Assembly (NCBI GenBank): GCA_963757655.1 | Contig: CAVWSQ010000001.1 | Location: forward strand, 998,897 to 1,062,896 | Reading direction: 5' to 3' | DNA length: 64,000 nucleotides | Source of the DNA: an uncultured Acidobacteriota bacterium | GTDB taxonomy: Bacteria > Acidobacteriota > Vicinamibacteria > Vicinamibacterales > CAVVIG01 | Shown: positions 39,986 to 49,885 of the stretch, one piece after another | Position numbering within the stretch: position 1 is the first letter of the stretch | Layout of the letters: each line of letters starts with the position of its first letter | The notes under the pieces: model-generated | The model's database searches: none | Told to the model about the DNA's origin: nothing | What the model saw: the letters and a program-made list of their open reading frames with translations, nothing else | Program-made: the position numbers and the translations under genes

Positions 39986-40255
39986 TCATTTACGAGCGGC
40001 AGCCTCGATGAGTTCCGGCGACTTGAGCTGGTCAGCCGGCCCGCGCGGCGCGCCCGGCGCAAAATAGACGAACGGCTGCTGGCTGATTCGCTCATCGAGG
40101 CTCTTGACGACGGTGGCACGGCCTCCCGCCGTCTTCTTCGTCTTCGTAAAGCCGACGATGACGCAGAAACCGATGAAGAGAACCAGCACGAACCCGGTGC
40201 TCGACAGAATGCCCTGAAGCGCGCCCAGGGCGATTTGAATCGCGTCAGCGTTCAT
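39986..40255 (-). CDS. Small membrane protein (89 aa), unknown function
   Basis: One TM (GFVLVLFIGFCVIVGF). ATGA overlap with the rpoZ-like stop. Confidence 0.5.
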   Translation of the reverse strand: MNADAIQIALGALQGILSSTGFVLVLFIGFCVIVGFTKTKKTAGGRATVVKSLDERISQQPFVYFAPGAPRGPADQLKSPELIEAAARK

Positions 40256-40527
40256 GCTTCAGCCCCTTCGTCGGGCGCCTTTGCCGGCGGGACGTCGTAA
40301 TACACGAGGCCGCGCTTTACTTCTTCCATCGCCACGCGCTCGGCTTTGTGCGGCGCCTGAATTTCTTCGCCCAGACGAGGGCGCGCGCCGCGCCGCAATT
40401 GCTTGGCGCGCAGCGCCGCCACGTCTACAAAGAGAAAACGGCTCTGGATGGGTGGCAGCGGCTCGGCCGGAACCTTGGGGGTATCGGGGTCTTGCTGAAG
40501 CGGCGTCGGCTCTTCCATGTCGACCAT
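40252..40527 (-). CDS. rpoZ: DNA-directed RNA polymerase subunit omega (probable)
   Basis: SRFLFVDVAALRAKQLRRGARPRL...HKAERVAMEEVKRGLV resembles the omega core. Start at 40527 or 40518. Confidence 0.7.
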   Translation of the reverse strand: MVDMEEPTPLQQDPDTPKVPAEPLPPIQSRFLFVDVAALRAKQLRRGARPRLGEEIQAPHKAERVAMEEVKRGLVYYDVPPAKAPDEGAEA

Positions 40528-40603
40528 AGAGGTTAGCACGTGGACGGGAAGGGCCGAAAGAGTCCACACTTCCTGCCCGTCCCGCCCGATTCCGCTGAAT
40601 TCC

Positions 40604-40996
40604 TTACGCCGCGACGTCCACCTTGATCGACCTCGGCTTGGCCTCTTCCCGCAACGGCAGCCGCACAGTGAGCACGCCGTTCTTGTATTCCGCCGTCACG
40701 CGGCTCGGATCCACGGTCTGCGGCAGCGAGAACGAACGGGTGAAGGTGCCGTAACGCCGTTCCACGTGATGAAACTGCTCTTCCTTGACCTCGCCGGCGA
40801 CCTTCTTCTCGCCTTTGATGGTCAGCACGAAGTTTTCGATGTTGATGTCGATGTCCTCGCGCGTCATGTCCGGCAGCTCGGCGTTCAGCACCAGCTCGTG
40901 ATCACCCGTCTGGTAGATATCTACCGGCGGCATCCAGGTGGTGCTTGGAGTAGTGAAACCGAAGTCGCGAAACGGATCCCAACGAACGATAGCCAT
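40604..40996 (-). CDS. Hsp20/alpha-crystallin small heat-shock protein
   Basis: WMPPVDIYQTGDHELVLNAELPDMTREDIDI..., ERRYGTFTRSFSLP, YKNGVLTVRLP. Confidence 0.93.
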   Translation of the reverse strand: MAIVRWDPFRDFGFTTPSTTWMPPVDIYQTGDHELVLNAELPDMTREDIDINIENFVLTIKGEKKVAGEVKEEQFHHVERRYGTFTRSFSLPQTVDPSRVTAEYKNGVLTVRLPLREEAKPRSIKVDVAA

Positions 40997-41016
40997 GATC
41001 TGCTCCTTTACTGAGA

Positions 41017-41041
41017 GGGCAGGACCCAGCCCATCCTGCCC
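41017..41041 (-). terminator. Hairpin after dnaK
   Basis: GGGCAGGA (41017-41024) pairs with TCCTGCCC (41034-41041). It lies between the dnaK stop and the hsp20 RBS (AAGGAG). Confidence 0.45.
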
Positions 41042-41055
41042 TTGTTGCCCGTTTG

Positions 41056-42957
<1,902 letters not shown>

Positions 42958-42988
42958 GTCAAGAATCCTCGTTTCCTAAGATGAACAG

Positions 42989-43017
42989 AGTATAGGGATG
43001 TTATGAGCGTATGTCAA
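42989..43017 (-). promoter_or_regulatory. Near-consensus sigma70-type promoter for dnaK
   Basis: The reverse strand reads TTGACA (43017-43012), a 17-nt spacer, then TATACT (42994-42989). It lies about 32 nt upstream of the dnaK ATG, inside an AT-rich island. Confidence 0.55.
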
Positions 43018-43112
43018 GCATATTATATGAGTGTTATAAACTAATGCTATGCCCACGCCTATCGCCTTCATAATCTTGGGGTTACGCGAAGGCTGGCGAG
43101 GAAGCCGCCACT

Positions 43113-43589
43113 ATGCGATCATCAAGAATGCGCTCCCGCTTGCCCGGCATCGCCTTCCCATCCGAAATTGGAGATTTTGCCGAGGAGGTCCAGCGGGTGT
43201 TTCATGAGCTCGGCCGCACCTTCGGATCCGACTCCCTGGCCGGCGAATGCGCGCCGTTGTTGGATGTCTTCGAGACCGACGACGCGTTGGAAATTGCGGT
43301 GGATCTGCCTGGTGTGGACCCGGCGGCAGTGCGGGTCATTGGCAAGGGCGACAGCGTGTTGATTGCCGGGGAAAAGAAAGCGCGCCGCTCGGCGCGCGAG
43401 TCCAGCTTCCATCTCGTCGAACGTGGCTACGGACGCTTCGCCCGTGTCGTCCGACTGGGGCGCCCTTGCGATGTGTCGACGGCGCGCGCGATTCTCGTGA
43501 ATGGTGAGCTGCGGGTCTCGATCCCGAAGATCACGGAGCGTCGCGGCCAGGGTATCGGCATTTCAGTCAAGGGCTTGTCCAATGGCTAA
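43113..43589 (+). CDS. Hsp20/alpha-crystallin family protein
   Basis: LLDVFETDDALEIAVDLPGVDPAAV..., ERGYGRFARVVRL, LVNGELRVSIPK. Confidence 0.85.
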   Translation: MRSSRMRSRLPGIAFPSEIGDFAEEVQRVFHELGRTFGSDSLAGECAPLLDVFETDDALEIAVDLPGVDPAAVRVIGKGDSVLIAGEKKARRSARESSFHLVERGYGRFARVVRLGRPCDVSTARAILVNGELRVSIPKITERRGQGIGISVKGLSNG

Positions 43590-43681
43590 GGCTAAGGGCT
43601 GATGGCATATGGAGATGGTGTGTGCGACGATGCTCCATCAGCCATGGACGCCAAGCCATTAGCCATCAGCCCTCAGCCATG
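43583..43681. repeat. Inverted GGCTAA/GGCTGA ... AGCCATN repeat spacer
   Basis: Left ggctaaggctaagggctgatggc. Right four tandem heptamers agccatt agccatc agccctc agccatg (43654-43681). An 11-nt exact complement joins 43596-43606 and 43662-43672. Confidence 0.85.
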
Positions 43682-44518
43682 ATCCGTCTCCTGTTCATTG
43701 GAGACATCGTCGGCAAGCCGGGCCGGGACCTGGTGCGACGCGGGCTTGCTGGCATTGTCGATTTTCACCGGGTCGATTTCGTGATTGCGAACGCCGAGAA
43801 TTCGGCCGCGGGTTTCGGAATCACGCGCGAGATCGGTGACCAGCTGCTCGAGTGGGGCGTCGACGTAATGACCTCGGGCAATCACATCTGGGACAAGAAA
43901 GAAGCGCTCGACTACATCGGTGCCGAGGCGCGGCTGCTGCGCCCGGCGAACTATCCGGCCGGGGCCCCCGGCCAGGGGCGCTATCTGGCGCGTACCCGGG
44001 ATGGCCGATCGGTCGGTGTCGTCAACGTCATGGGCCGCGTGTTCATGCTGAACATCGACGACCCGTTCGCCGTGGTCCTGCGCGAGATCGAGGCCCTCAA
44101 GGAGCGGACTCGCATCGTGTTCGTGGATTTTCACGCCGAGGCGACCTCGGAAAAAATTGCGATGGGTTGGCATCTCGACGGCAAGGTGACGGCGATCGTC
44201 GGCACCCACACCCACGTTCAGACCGCGGATGAGCGCATCCTTCCGAAAGGCACTGCCTACCTGACCGACGTCGGCATGACCGGTCCGCACGACTCGATCA
44301 TCGGCGTCGACACGCAGGCGGCGCTCGGCCGCTTTCTGACCGCGCTTCCTGCCCGGTTCGAAACCGCCACCGGGAATCCGCGGCTGAATGCCGTCATCAT
44401 CGAAGCCGACGAACAAACCGGCCGTGCCACCGACATCGAACGACTCAGCCTGAGCCTTGACGACATCCAGCAACTCGCGGACCTTGCCGATGACCGACCT
44501 GTTCGATCTTCCGTTTGA
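43679..44518 (+). CDS. ymdB: YmdB-family metallophosphoesterase (2',3'-cyclic-nucleotide phosphodiesterase)
   Basis: MIRLLFIGDIVGKPGR, ANAENSAAGFGIT, VDFHAEATSEK, GTHTHVQTADE. Confidence 0.88.
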   Translation: MIRLLFIGDIVGKPGRDLVRRGLAGIVDFHRVDFVIANAENSAAGFGITREIGDQLLEWGVDVMTSGNHIWDKKEALDYIGAEARLLRPANYPAGAPGQGRYLARTRDGRSVGVVNVMGRVFMLNIDDPFAVVLREIEALKERTRIVFVDFHAEATSEKIAMGWHLDGKVTAIVGTHTHVQTADERILPKGTAYLTDVGMTGPHDSIIGVDTQAALGRFLTALPARFETATGNPRLNAVIIEADEQTGRATDIERLSLSLDDIQQLADLADDRPVRSSV

Positions 44519-45977
44519 AGAGGAGCCGGAGCTGGAACCGGCGGCCCCGCGACCAGCCGCCAACGCCGGACCAGGAGCGCCGAACGGCGCCCCTGACATT
44601 CCGCCAGCCGCTCCAACCCGTCGGGTTCTCTCCGTCACCGAGCTGACGGTACGCGTCCGCGATCTACTCGAAGCCGAATTCTTCGAAGTGTGGGTCGAAG
44701 GCGAGCTCTCGAACTGCCGGGTCTGGAACACGGGACATCTGTACTTCACGCTGAAGGACGGCGCCGCGCAGGTACGCGCGGTCATCTTCCGGTCGGCCCT
44801 GCGCTACCTCGAGTTCAAGCCGGTCGACGGGGTGCGCGTCATAGCGCGCGGGCGGATATCGGTCTACGAGCCCAAGGGCGAGTATCAGCTGGTCTGCGAA
44901 CATCTCGAGCCGCACGGCCGCGGCGCGCTGCAGCTGGCCTTCGATCAGCTCAAGAAGCGATTGCACGGCGAGGGCCTCTTCGACGCCGGGCGCAAGCGGC
45001 CGCTGCCGGCTCTGCCTCGAAAAATCGGCGTCGTGACCTCGCTGGACGGAGCGGCGATCCGCGACATCATCAAAGTGCTGCGGCGCCGCTATGCGAACGC
45101 GCACCTGGTGATTTGTCCGGCCCGGGTTCAAGGCGAGGACGCCGCGCCGGATATCGCGCGAGCCCTCCGTCAAATTGCGCGCGTTCCCGGCGTGGACGTC
45201 GTCATCGTCGGGCGCGGCGGCGGGTCGATTGAGGATCTCTGGGCCTTCAACGAGGAGGTCGTCGCGCGGGCCATCGCTCGCATCCCGGTGCCGGTGATCG
45301 CGGCAGTCGGCCATGAGACCGACGTGACCATCGCTGACTTCGTGGCGGACGTGCGCGCGCCGACGCCTTCAGCGGCGGCCGAGCTCGTCGTCGCCGCCAA
45401 GGACGAATTCTGCGGACGGATCGACCGCCTCGAGGGACGCTTGCGGTCCGCCGTCAGCGCCCGGGTGCAGACCCTGAGTCGCCGCGTCCACATCGTCGAC
45501 AGCCGGCCGGCCTTTGCCGGATTTCGAGGCAGGGTGGCGATGCGCGGCCGGCACGCCGCCGAGCTGTCTCACGCACTCGCAGGCATCGTCCGCGCCGCCG
45601 TCCTCGTCCGAGAACGCCGGCGCCAGCAGCTCGAACGCCGACTCTCGGCGTTCGATGCGGGCCGACGCCTTGCCGGTATCCGCACACGGCTGGTCGGGTC
45701 GCGTGGCCGTCTCGACACCGCGATTCGGCGCCGCCAGCATCGCGCCGCCGCGCGGTTGGGTAATGCCGCAGGCCGCCTCGACACGCTCAGCCCGCTCGCC
45801 GTGCTCGGCCGCGGATATGCGGTCGCATGGAACGCTGACAGGACGCGCGCGCTGCGGGACGCCACCACGGTCGCGACCGGCGAGACCATTCACGTGACGT
45901 TGTCGCGCGGCCAGCTGGAATGCGAGGTTCGATCGACTGCCGATCCAGCGTCACAGGCAGCACGGACACCGAGGTAG
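44490..45977 (+). CDS. xseA: Exodeoxyribonuclease VII large subunit
   Basis: OB-fold N-terminus (VSELT..VRDLLEAEF..VWVEGELSN), IGVVTS..GAAIRD, GRGGGSIEDLWAFN. Confidence 0.9.
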   Translation: MTDLFDLPFEEEPELEPAAPRPAANAGPGAPNGAPDIPPAAPTRRVLSVTELTVRVRDLLEAEFFEVWVEGELSNCRVWNTGHLYFTLKDGAAQVRAVIFRSALRYLEFKPVDGVRVIARGRISVYEPKGEYQLVCEHLEPHGRGALQLAFDQLKKRLHGEGLFDAGRKRPLPALPRKIGVVTSLDGAAIRDIIKVLRRRYANAHLVICPARVQGEDAAPDIARALRQIARVPGVDVVIVGRGGGSIEDLWAFNEEVVARAIARIPVPVIAAVGHETDVTIADFVADVRAPTPSAAAELVVAAKDEFCGRIDRLEGRLRSAVSARVQTLSRRVHIVDSRPAFAGFRGRVAMRGRHAAELSHALAGIVRAAVLVRERRRQQLERRLSAFDAGRRLAGIRTRLVGSRGRLDTAIRRRQHRAAARLGNAAGRLDTLSPLAVLGRGYAVAWNADRTRALRDATTVATGETIHVTLSRGQLECEVRSTADPASQAARTPR

Positions 45978-46030
45978 CACGTTTTTCCTTGGTCTCGCTG
46001 GTGCCCTTCGTGTTTACTCAAAGCTGATAC

Positions 46031-46279
46031 ATGCCCGACACCTCCATCAAGGATTTCGAGACCGCGATCGCCGAGCTCGAGTCAATCGTCAAGAAGCTCG
46101 AGGAAGGCGACCTCGCGCTCGAGCAGTCGCTCGTACTGTACGAGCGCGGCGTCCAGCTCTCCCGGTTCTGCCATTCCCAACTCGAGCAGGCGGAGCGCCG
46201 TATCGAGATCCTCAACGAGCGCGGCGAGCTGAAGGCGGCACCATCGTCTTTTGCCGCCGGGGATCCCGAGCGCGGGTGA
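46031..46279 (+). CDS. xseB: Exodeoxyribonuclease VII small subunit
   Basis: FETAIAELESIVKKLEEGDLALEQSLVLYERGVQL. Confidence 0.9.
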   Translation: MPDTSIKDFETAIAELESIVKKLEEGDLALEQSLVLYERGVQLSRFCHSQLEQAERRIEILNERGELKAAPSSFAAGDPERG

Positions 46280-46282
46280 CGA

Positions 46283-47254
46283 GTGAGCAGCGATTCGCTC
46301 GCCGAGTTTCTCGCCCGCGCCCGTGCGCGAGTTGACGCCTCGCTCCAGCGTTATCTCCCCATCCCTCCCGCGTGCCCCGCGATCGTCGCCGACGCGATGC
46401 GCTACAGCGTGTTCGCTGGCGGCAAGCGGCTCCGGCCGATCCTGACGCTGGCGGCGGCCGCGGCGGTCGATGCCGCGCATGACGACGACCCTCGCCAGGC
46501 TGCGATCGCGCTCCGGGCCGAGCCGGTGCTCGAGATCGCCCTGCCAGCCGCCTGCGCCATCGAGATGATTCACACCTATTCGCTGATCCACGACGACTTG
46601 CCGGCGATGGACGACGACACGCTGCGGCGCGGACGACCCACGCTGCACGTCGTCTACGGTGACGGCATCGCGATCCTGGCCGGCGACGGTCTGCACGCCG
46701 AAGCCTTCACGCTGCTGGCGCGCGAGCCGGCATCCAACGACCCCGCCGTCATCGCGCGTCAGCTCCACGTCATCCGCGTCGTCGGCGAAGCCGCCGGCGC
46801 CGGAGGCATGGTCGGCGGCCAGGCGATCGATTTGCAGGCCGCCGGACAGGCGCCCGGGCGTGCCACAACGCTCGACGCCGACGGCCTGCGTGCGATGCAC
46901 GCCCTCAAGACCGGCGCCCTGATTCGCGCCTCGGCCGTGAGCGGCGCCATCATGGGCGGTGCGGACGTGGCGGTCGCGACGGCGATCGACGATTACGCAC
47001 GGGAAGTGGGCCTCGCCTTCCAAATCGTCGACGACATCCTCGACGTCGAGGGCGACGCCGCGTCGCTGGGCAAGACCACGGGCAAGGACGCCGCGTCGGC
47101 GAAGCCAACCTACCCGGCCCTGTTCGGGGTGGATCGCTCGCGGGCGCTGGCCGCCGACTGTCTCGAGCGTGCGCACGCGACGCTGCACGCCGTCGGCATC
47201 GCGGACAGCCTGCTCGGGGGGATCGCGGACTGGGTCGTGACGCGGAAGAGTTAA
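46283..47254 (+). CDS. ispA: Polyprenyl (farnesyl/geranylgeranyl) diphosphate synthase
   Basis: LIHDDLPAMDDDTLRRG and FQIVDDILD (two DDxxD motifs). GTG start. Confidence 0.9.
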   Translation: MSSDSLAEFLARARARVDASLQRYLPIPPACPAIVADAMRYSVFAGGKRLRPILTLAAAAAVDAAHDDDPRQAAIALRAEPVLEIALPAACAIEMIHTYSLIHDDLPAMDDDTLRRGRPTLHVVYGDGIAILAGDGLHAEAFTLLAREPASNDPAVIARQLHVIRVVGEAAGAGGMVGGQAIDLQAAGQAPGRATTLDADGLRAMHALKTGALIRASAVSGAIMGGADVAVATAIDDYAREVGLAFQIVDDILDVEGDAASLGKTTGKDAASAKPTYPALFGVDRSRALAADCLERAHATLHAVGIADSLLGGIADWVVTRKS

Positions 47255-47277
47255 TCGATGCGCGACGTGAACACAAA

Positions 47278-47339
47278 GGACACCGAGGACACAACGGATC
47301 AGATCCAATGGTCTCTACCTTGGCGTCCGTCGTGTCCTC
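47278..47339 (+). terminator. 14-bp hairpin in the ispA-tlyA spacer
   Basis: GAGGACACAACGGA (47285-47298) pairs 13/14 with TCCGTCGTGTCCTC (47326-47339). A T-containing tract follows (cgtcttgattc). Confidence 0.5.
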
Positions 47340-47354
47340 CGTCTTGATTCAGCG

Positions 47355-48098
47355 GTGGCGAAAACAAAGCCACGGCTGGATCTGGTATTGGTCGACCTCG
47401 GCCTCGCGCCGTCGCGGGAACGGGCCCGTGCACTCATCCTGGCCGGGCAGGTGACGATCGACGGCCAGGTGGTCTCGAAAGCCGGGGCGCCGGTCCGGTC
47501 GAACGCTCGCGTCGAGCTGACATCGCCGGACCATCCATATGTCGGCCGCGGCGGTTTGAAACTCGCCGGCGCGCTCGACTCATTCGACATCGACCCGGCC
47601 GGCCGCCGCACGCTCGACGTCGGCGCCTCGACCGGCGGCTTCACCGACGTCCTGCTTCAGCGAGGCGCGGCCAGCGTCATTGCCGTCGATGTCGGCCGCG
47701 GCCAACTGGATTGGCGACTGCGCGGAGATCCGCGCGTCCTGGTGCGCGAAGGGGTCAACGCCCGGGCGTTGACGCCGGACGCTGTGCCGCACGCGGTGAG
47801 CCTGGTGACGATTGACGTCGCCTTCATCTCGCTCCGCCACATTCTTCCGGCGCTGCCGCCGTTCCTCGATGCCGGCGCCGACCTCGTCGCGCTGGTGAAG
47901 CCGCAGTTCGAGGCCGGCCGCGACGAAGTCGGCCGGGGCGGTATCGTGTCCGATCCGGCCGTCCACGACGCGGTGATCGCCCGGGTCACCGCGGCGGCCA
48001 CGGCGTGCGGTCTGGCCCGGATCGCGATGGCGCCCTCGCAAATCACTGGCGCCACCGGCAACCAGGAATTCTTTCTCCACCTCCGTGCCGCAGGCTGA
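47355..48098 (+). CDS. tlyA: TlyA-family rRNA (cytidine-2'-O)-methyltransferase
   Basis: S4 domain (RLDLVLVDLGLAPSRERARALILAGQV) plus FtsJ-like LDVGASTGGFTDVLLQRGA. Confidence 0.88.
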   Translation: MAKTKPRLDLVLVDLGLAPSRERARALILAGQVTIDGQVVSKAGAPVRSNARVELTSPDHPYVGRGGLKLAGALDSFDIDPAGRRTLDVGASTGGFTDVLLQRGAASVIAVDVGRGQLDWRLRGDPRVLVREGVNARALTPDAVPHAVSLVTIDVAFISLRHILPALPPFLDAGADLVALVKPQFEAGRDEVGRGGIVSDPAVHDAVIARVTAAATACGLARIAMAPSQITGATGNQEFFLHLRAAG

Positions 48099-48990
48099 AG
48101 CGGTCATCGTCCTCGGCGCCGGCGCGATCGGCAGCGTCTACGCGGTCAAGCTGTCGGCGCGCCATCACGTCACGGTCGTCGCGAGGCCCGATCACGTCGA
48201 CGCGATTCGGTCCGGCGGACTGCGGCTGATCGGCCGCGAGACGGTGACGTCGCACCTCGACGCCGTGACTCAGGTGGAGGCCATCGCACCGAACACCGTC
48301 GTTCTGCTCACCACCAAGGTCAACGCCAGCGCGGCGGCGCTGGCGCCGATCGCGGGTTTGGTTCGAGCGGATACGGTGATCGTGTGCGTCCAGAACGGGC
48401 TGGACAGCGAGGACGTCGCCCGGCAGGCGGTGCGGAATCGCTGTCTCGTGCTGCGGGCAATCACGCAGTTCGGCGCAATCTTTCAGTCGCCCGGCCTGAT
48501 CAACTTCACCGCCCCGGGTTACACGCTCATCGAGGATGGACCGCGCAGCGCTCCGATCGCGGCGATGCTGACCGAGTCCGGACTCGACGGCCGCGTTTCG
48601 CCAGACATCAAGATCGAGATCTGGCGAAAACTGATCTTCAATTGCGTGATCAATCCCATCACGGCCATCACCGGTACCGAGGTTGGCGAAATCGCCAACG
48701 CGCGGCTGGACCCGCTCAAGCGGCTGGTGATTGACGAGTGTCTGGCGGTGGCGCGCTCGCAGGGGGTGGATTTCCAGATCGACTTCCTGTCGACCATCGC
48801 CGATGTGTTCGGCGCCTCCACGACCATCGCATCGATGCGTCAGGATCTGATGCGCGGCAAGCCGACCGAAATCGATCACATGAACGGCGCCGTGGCGGCA
48901 CTGGGCGCCCGCGCCGGCATCGCCTGCCCGGTCAACGCCGCGCTGACGGCCCTCGTCAAGGCGATGGATCGTTGTACGATGGCGCCATGA
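48085..48990 (+). CDS. panE: 2-dehydropantoate 2-reductase (PanE/ApbA family)
   Basis: VLGAGAIGSVYA Rossmann motif and a C-terminal ApbA domain (KLIFNCVINP, SMRQDL..GKPTEID). Confidence 0.8.
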   Translation: MPQAEAVIVLGAGAIGSVYAVKLSARHHVTVVARPDHVDAIRSGGLRLIGRETVTSHLDAVTQVEAIAPNTVVLLTTKVNASAAALAPIAGLVRADTVIVCVQNGLDSEDVARQAVRNRCLVLRAITQFGAIFQSPGLINFTAPGYTLIEDGPRSAPIAAMLTESGLDGRVSPDIKIEIWRKLIFNCVINPITAITGTEVGEIANARLDPLKRLVIDECLAVARSQGVDFQIDFLSTIADVFGASTTIASMRQDLMRGKPTEIDHMNGAVAALGARAGIACPVNAALTALVKAMDRCTMAP

Positions 48991-49859
48991 CACGCGTCGG
49001 GATCGTCGCCAAGTCGCATCTTCGAGAGGCCACGCCCCATCTCACTGCGATCGAGTCGTGGCTGACGGCGCGAGGCGACGAAGCGGTGTTCGAGACGGCC
49101 ACCGCCGCGCTGATGCCGCCGGCGAAGGACCGCACGGTGGCCGACAAGGCGGCGCTGGTCGCGCGGGTTGGCCTCCTTGTCGTGCTGGGCGGCGACGGCA
49201 CGCTGCTCTCGGTCGCCGACTGCGTCGGCACGGCCGATGTCGACGTGCCGATTCTGGGCGTCAACTTCGGCAGCCTGGGCTTTCTCACCGAGGCGACGCT
49301 GCCCGAGTTGTATCCCTCGCTCGAATCGGCGCTGACCGGGGCGGCGCGCGTCGAGTCGCGCCTGATGCTGCACGCGACCACGGTCCGCGCCGGCGAGCCG
49401 TTGCCCCATCACCTGGCGCTGAACGACGTCGTCATCACCAAGGCCGCCCGGGCACGGATGACCGACCTCTCGGTCTTCGTCGGCGACGAGTTCGTGACGC
49501 GCGTCAAGGCCGACGGCCTCATCGTCGCCACCCCCACCGGATCGACCGCCTACAACCTCGCCGCCGGCGGCCCGATCGTGCAGCCGGTGGTCGACGCCAT
49601 CGTGTTGACCCCGATCGCGCCGCACATGCTGACGAACCGTCCGATCGTGATTCCTGCCTCGTCGGTGGTGCGGGTGCAGCCGACGATGGCCGAGCGCGAC
49701 GAGCTCTACATCACGTTCGACGGCCAGGCCGGCTATCAGCTGGAAGCCGGCGACGAAGTCCGCATCCGCTGCGCCGAGCGCCGCGTGCGCCTGCTGCGCC
49801 CATCGTCGCGCAGCTATTTCGAGGTGCTGCGGCAAAAATTGAAGTGGAACGAGCGCTGA
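48987..49859 (+). CDS. nadK: NAD kinase
   Basis: VVLGGDGTLL, GVNFGSLGFL, TPTGSTAYNLAAGGP. ATGA overlap with the panE stop. Confidence 0.92.
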   Translation: MTRVGIVAKSHLREATPHLTAIESWLTARGDEAVFETATAALMPPAKDRTVADKAALVARVGLLVVLGGDGTLLSVADCVGTADVDVPILGVNFGSLGFLTEATLPELYPSLESALTGAARVESRLMLHATTVRAGEPLPHHLALNDVVITKAARARMTDLSVFVGDEFVTRVKADGLIVATPTGSTAYNLAAGGPIVQPVVDAIVLTPIAPHMLTNRPIVIPASSVVRVQPTMAERDELYITFDGQAGYQLEAGDEVRIRCAERRVRLLRPSSRSYFEVLRQKLKWNER

Positions 49860-49885
49860 GTCGGCGGCACCAGACGCCGCTCAGC
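49855..49885. terminator. Bidirectional hairpin spanning both stop codons of convergent nadK and the M20 peptidase gene
   Basis: GCTGAG-t-CGGCG (49855-49866) pairs with CGCCG-CTCAGC (49875-49885). Confidence 0.5.

Noticed and set aside
42958-43112. CIRCE or HAIR heat-shock operators upstream of dnaK/hsp20.
   Set aside because: Neither consensus could be found by eye on either strand. Only the different TATGAGYGT repeats were reported.
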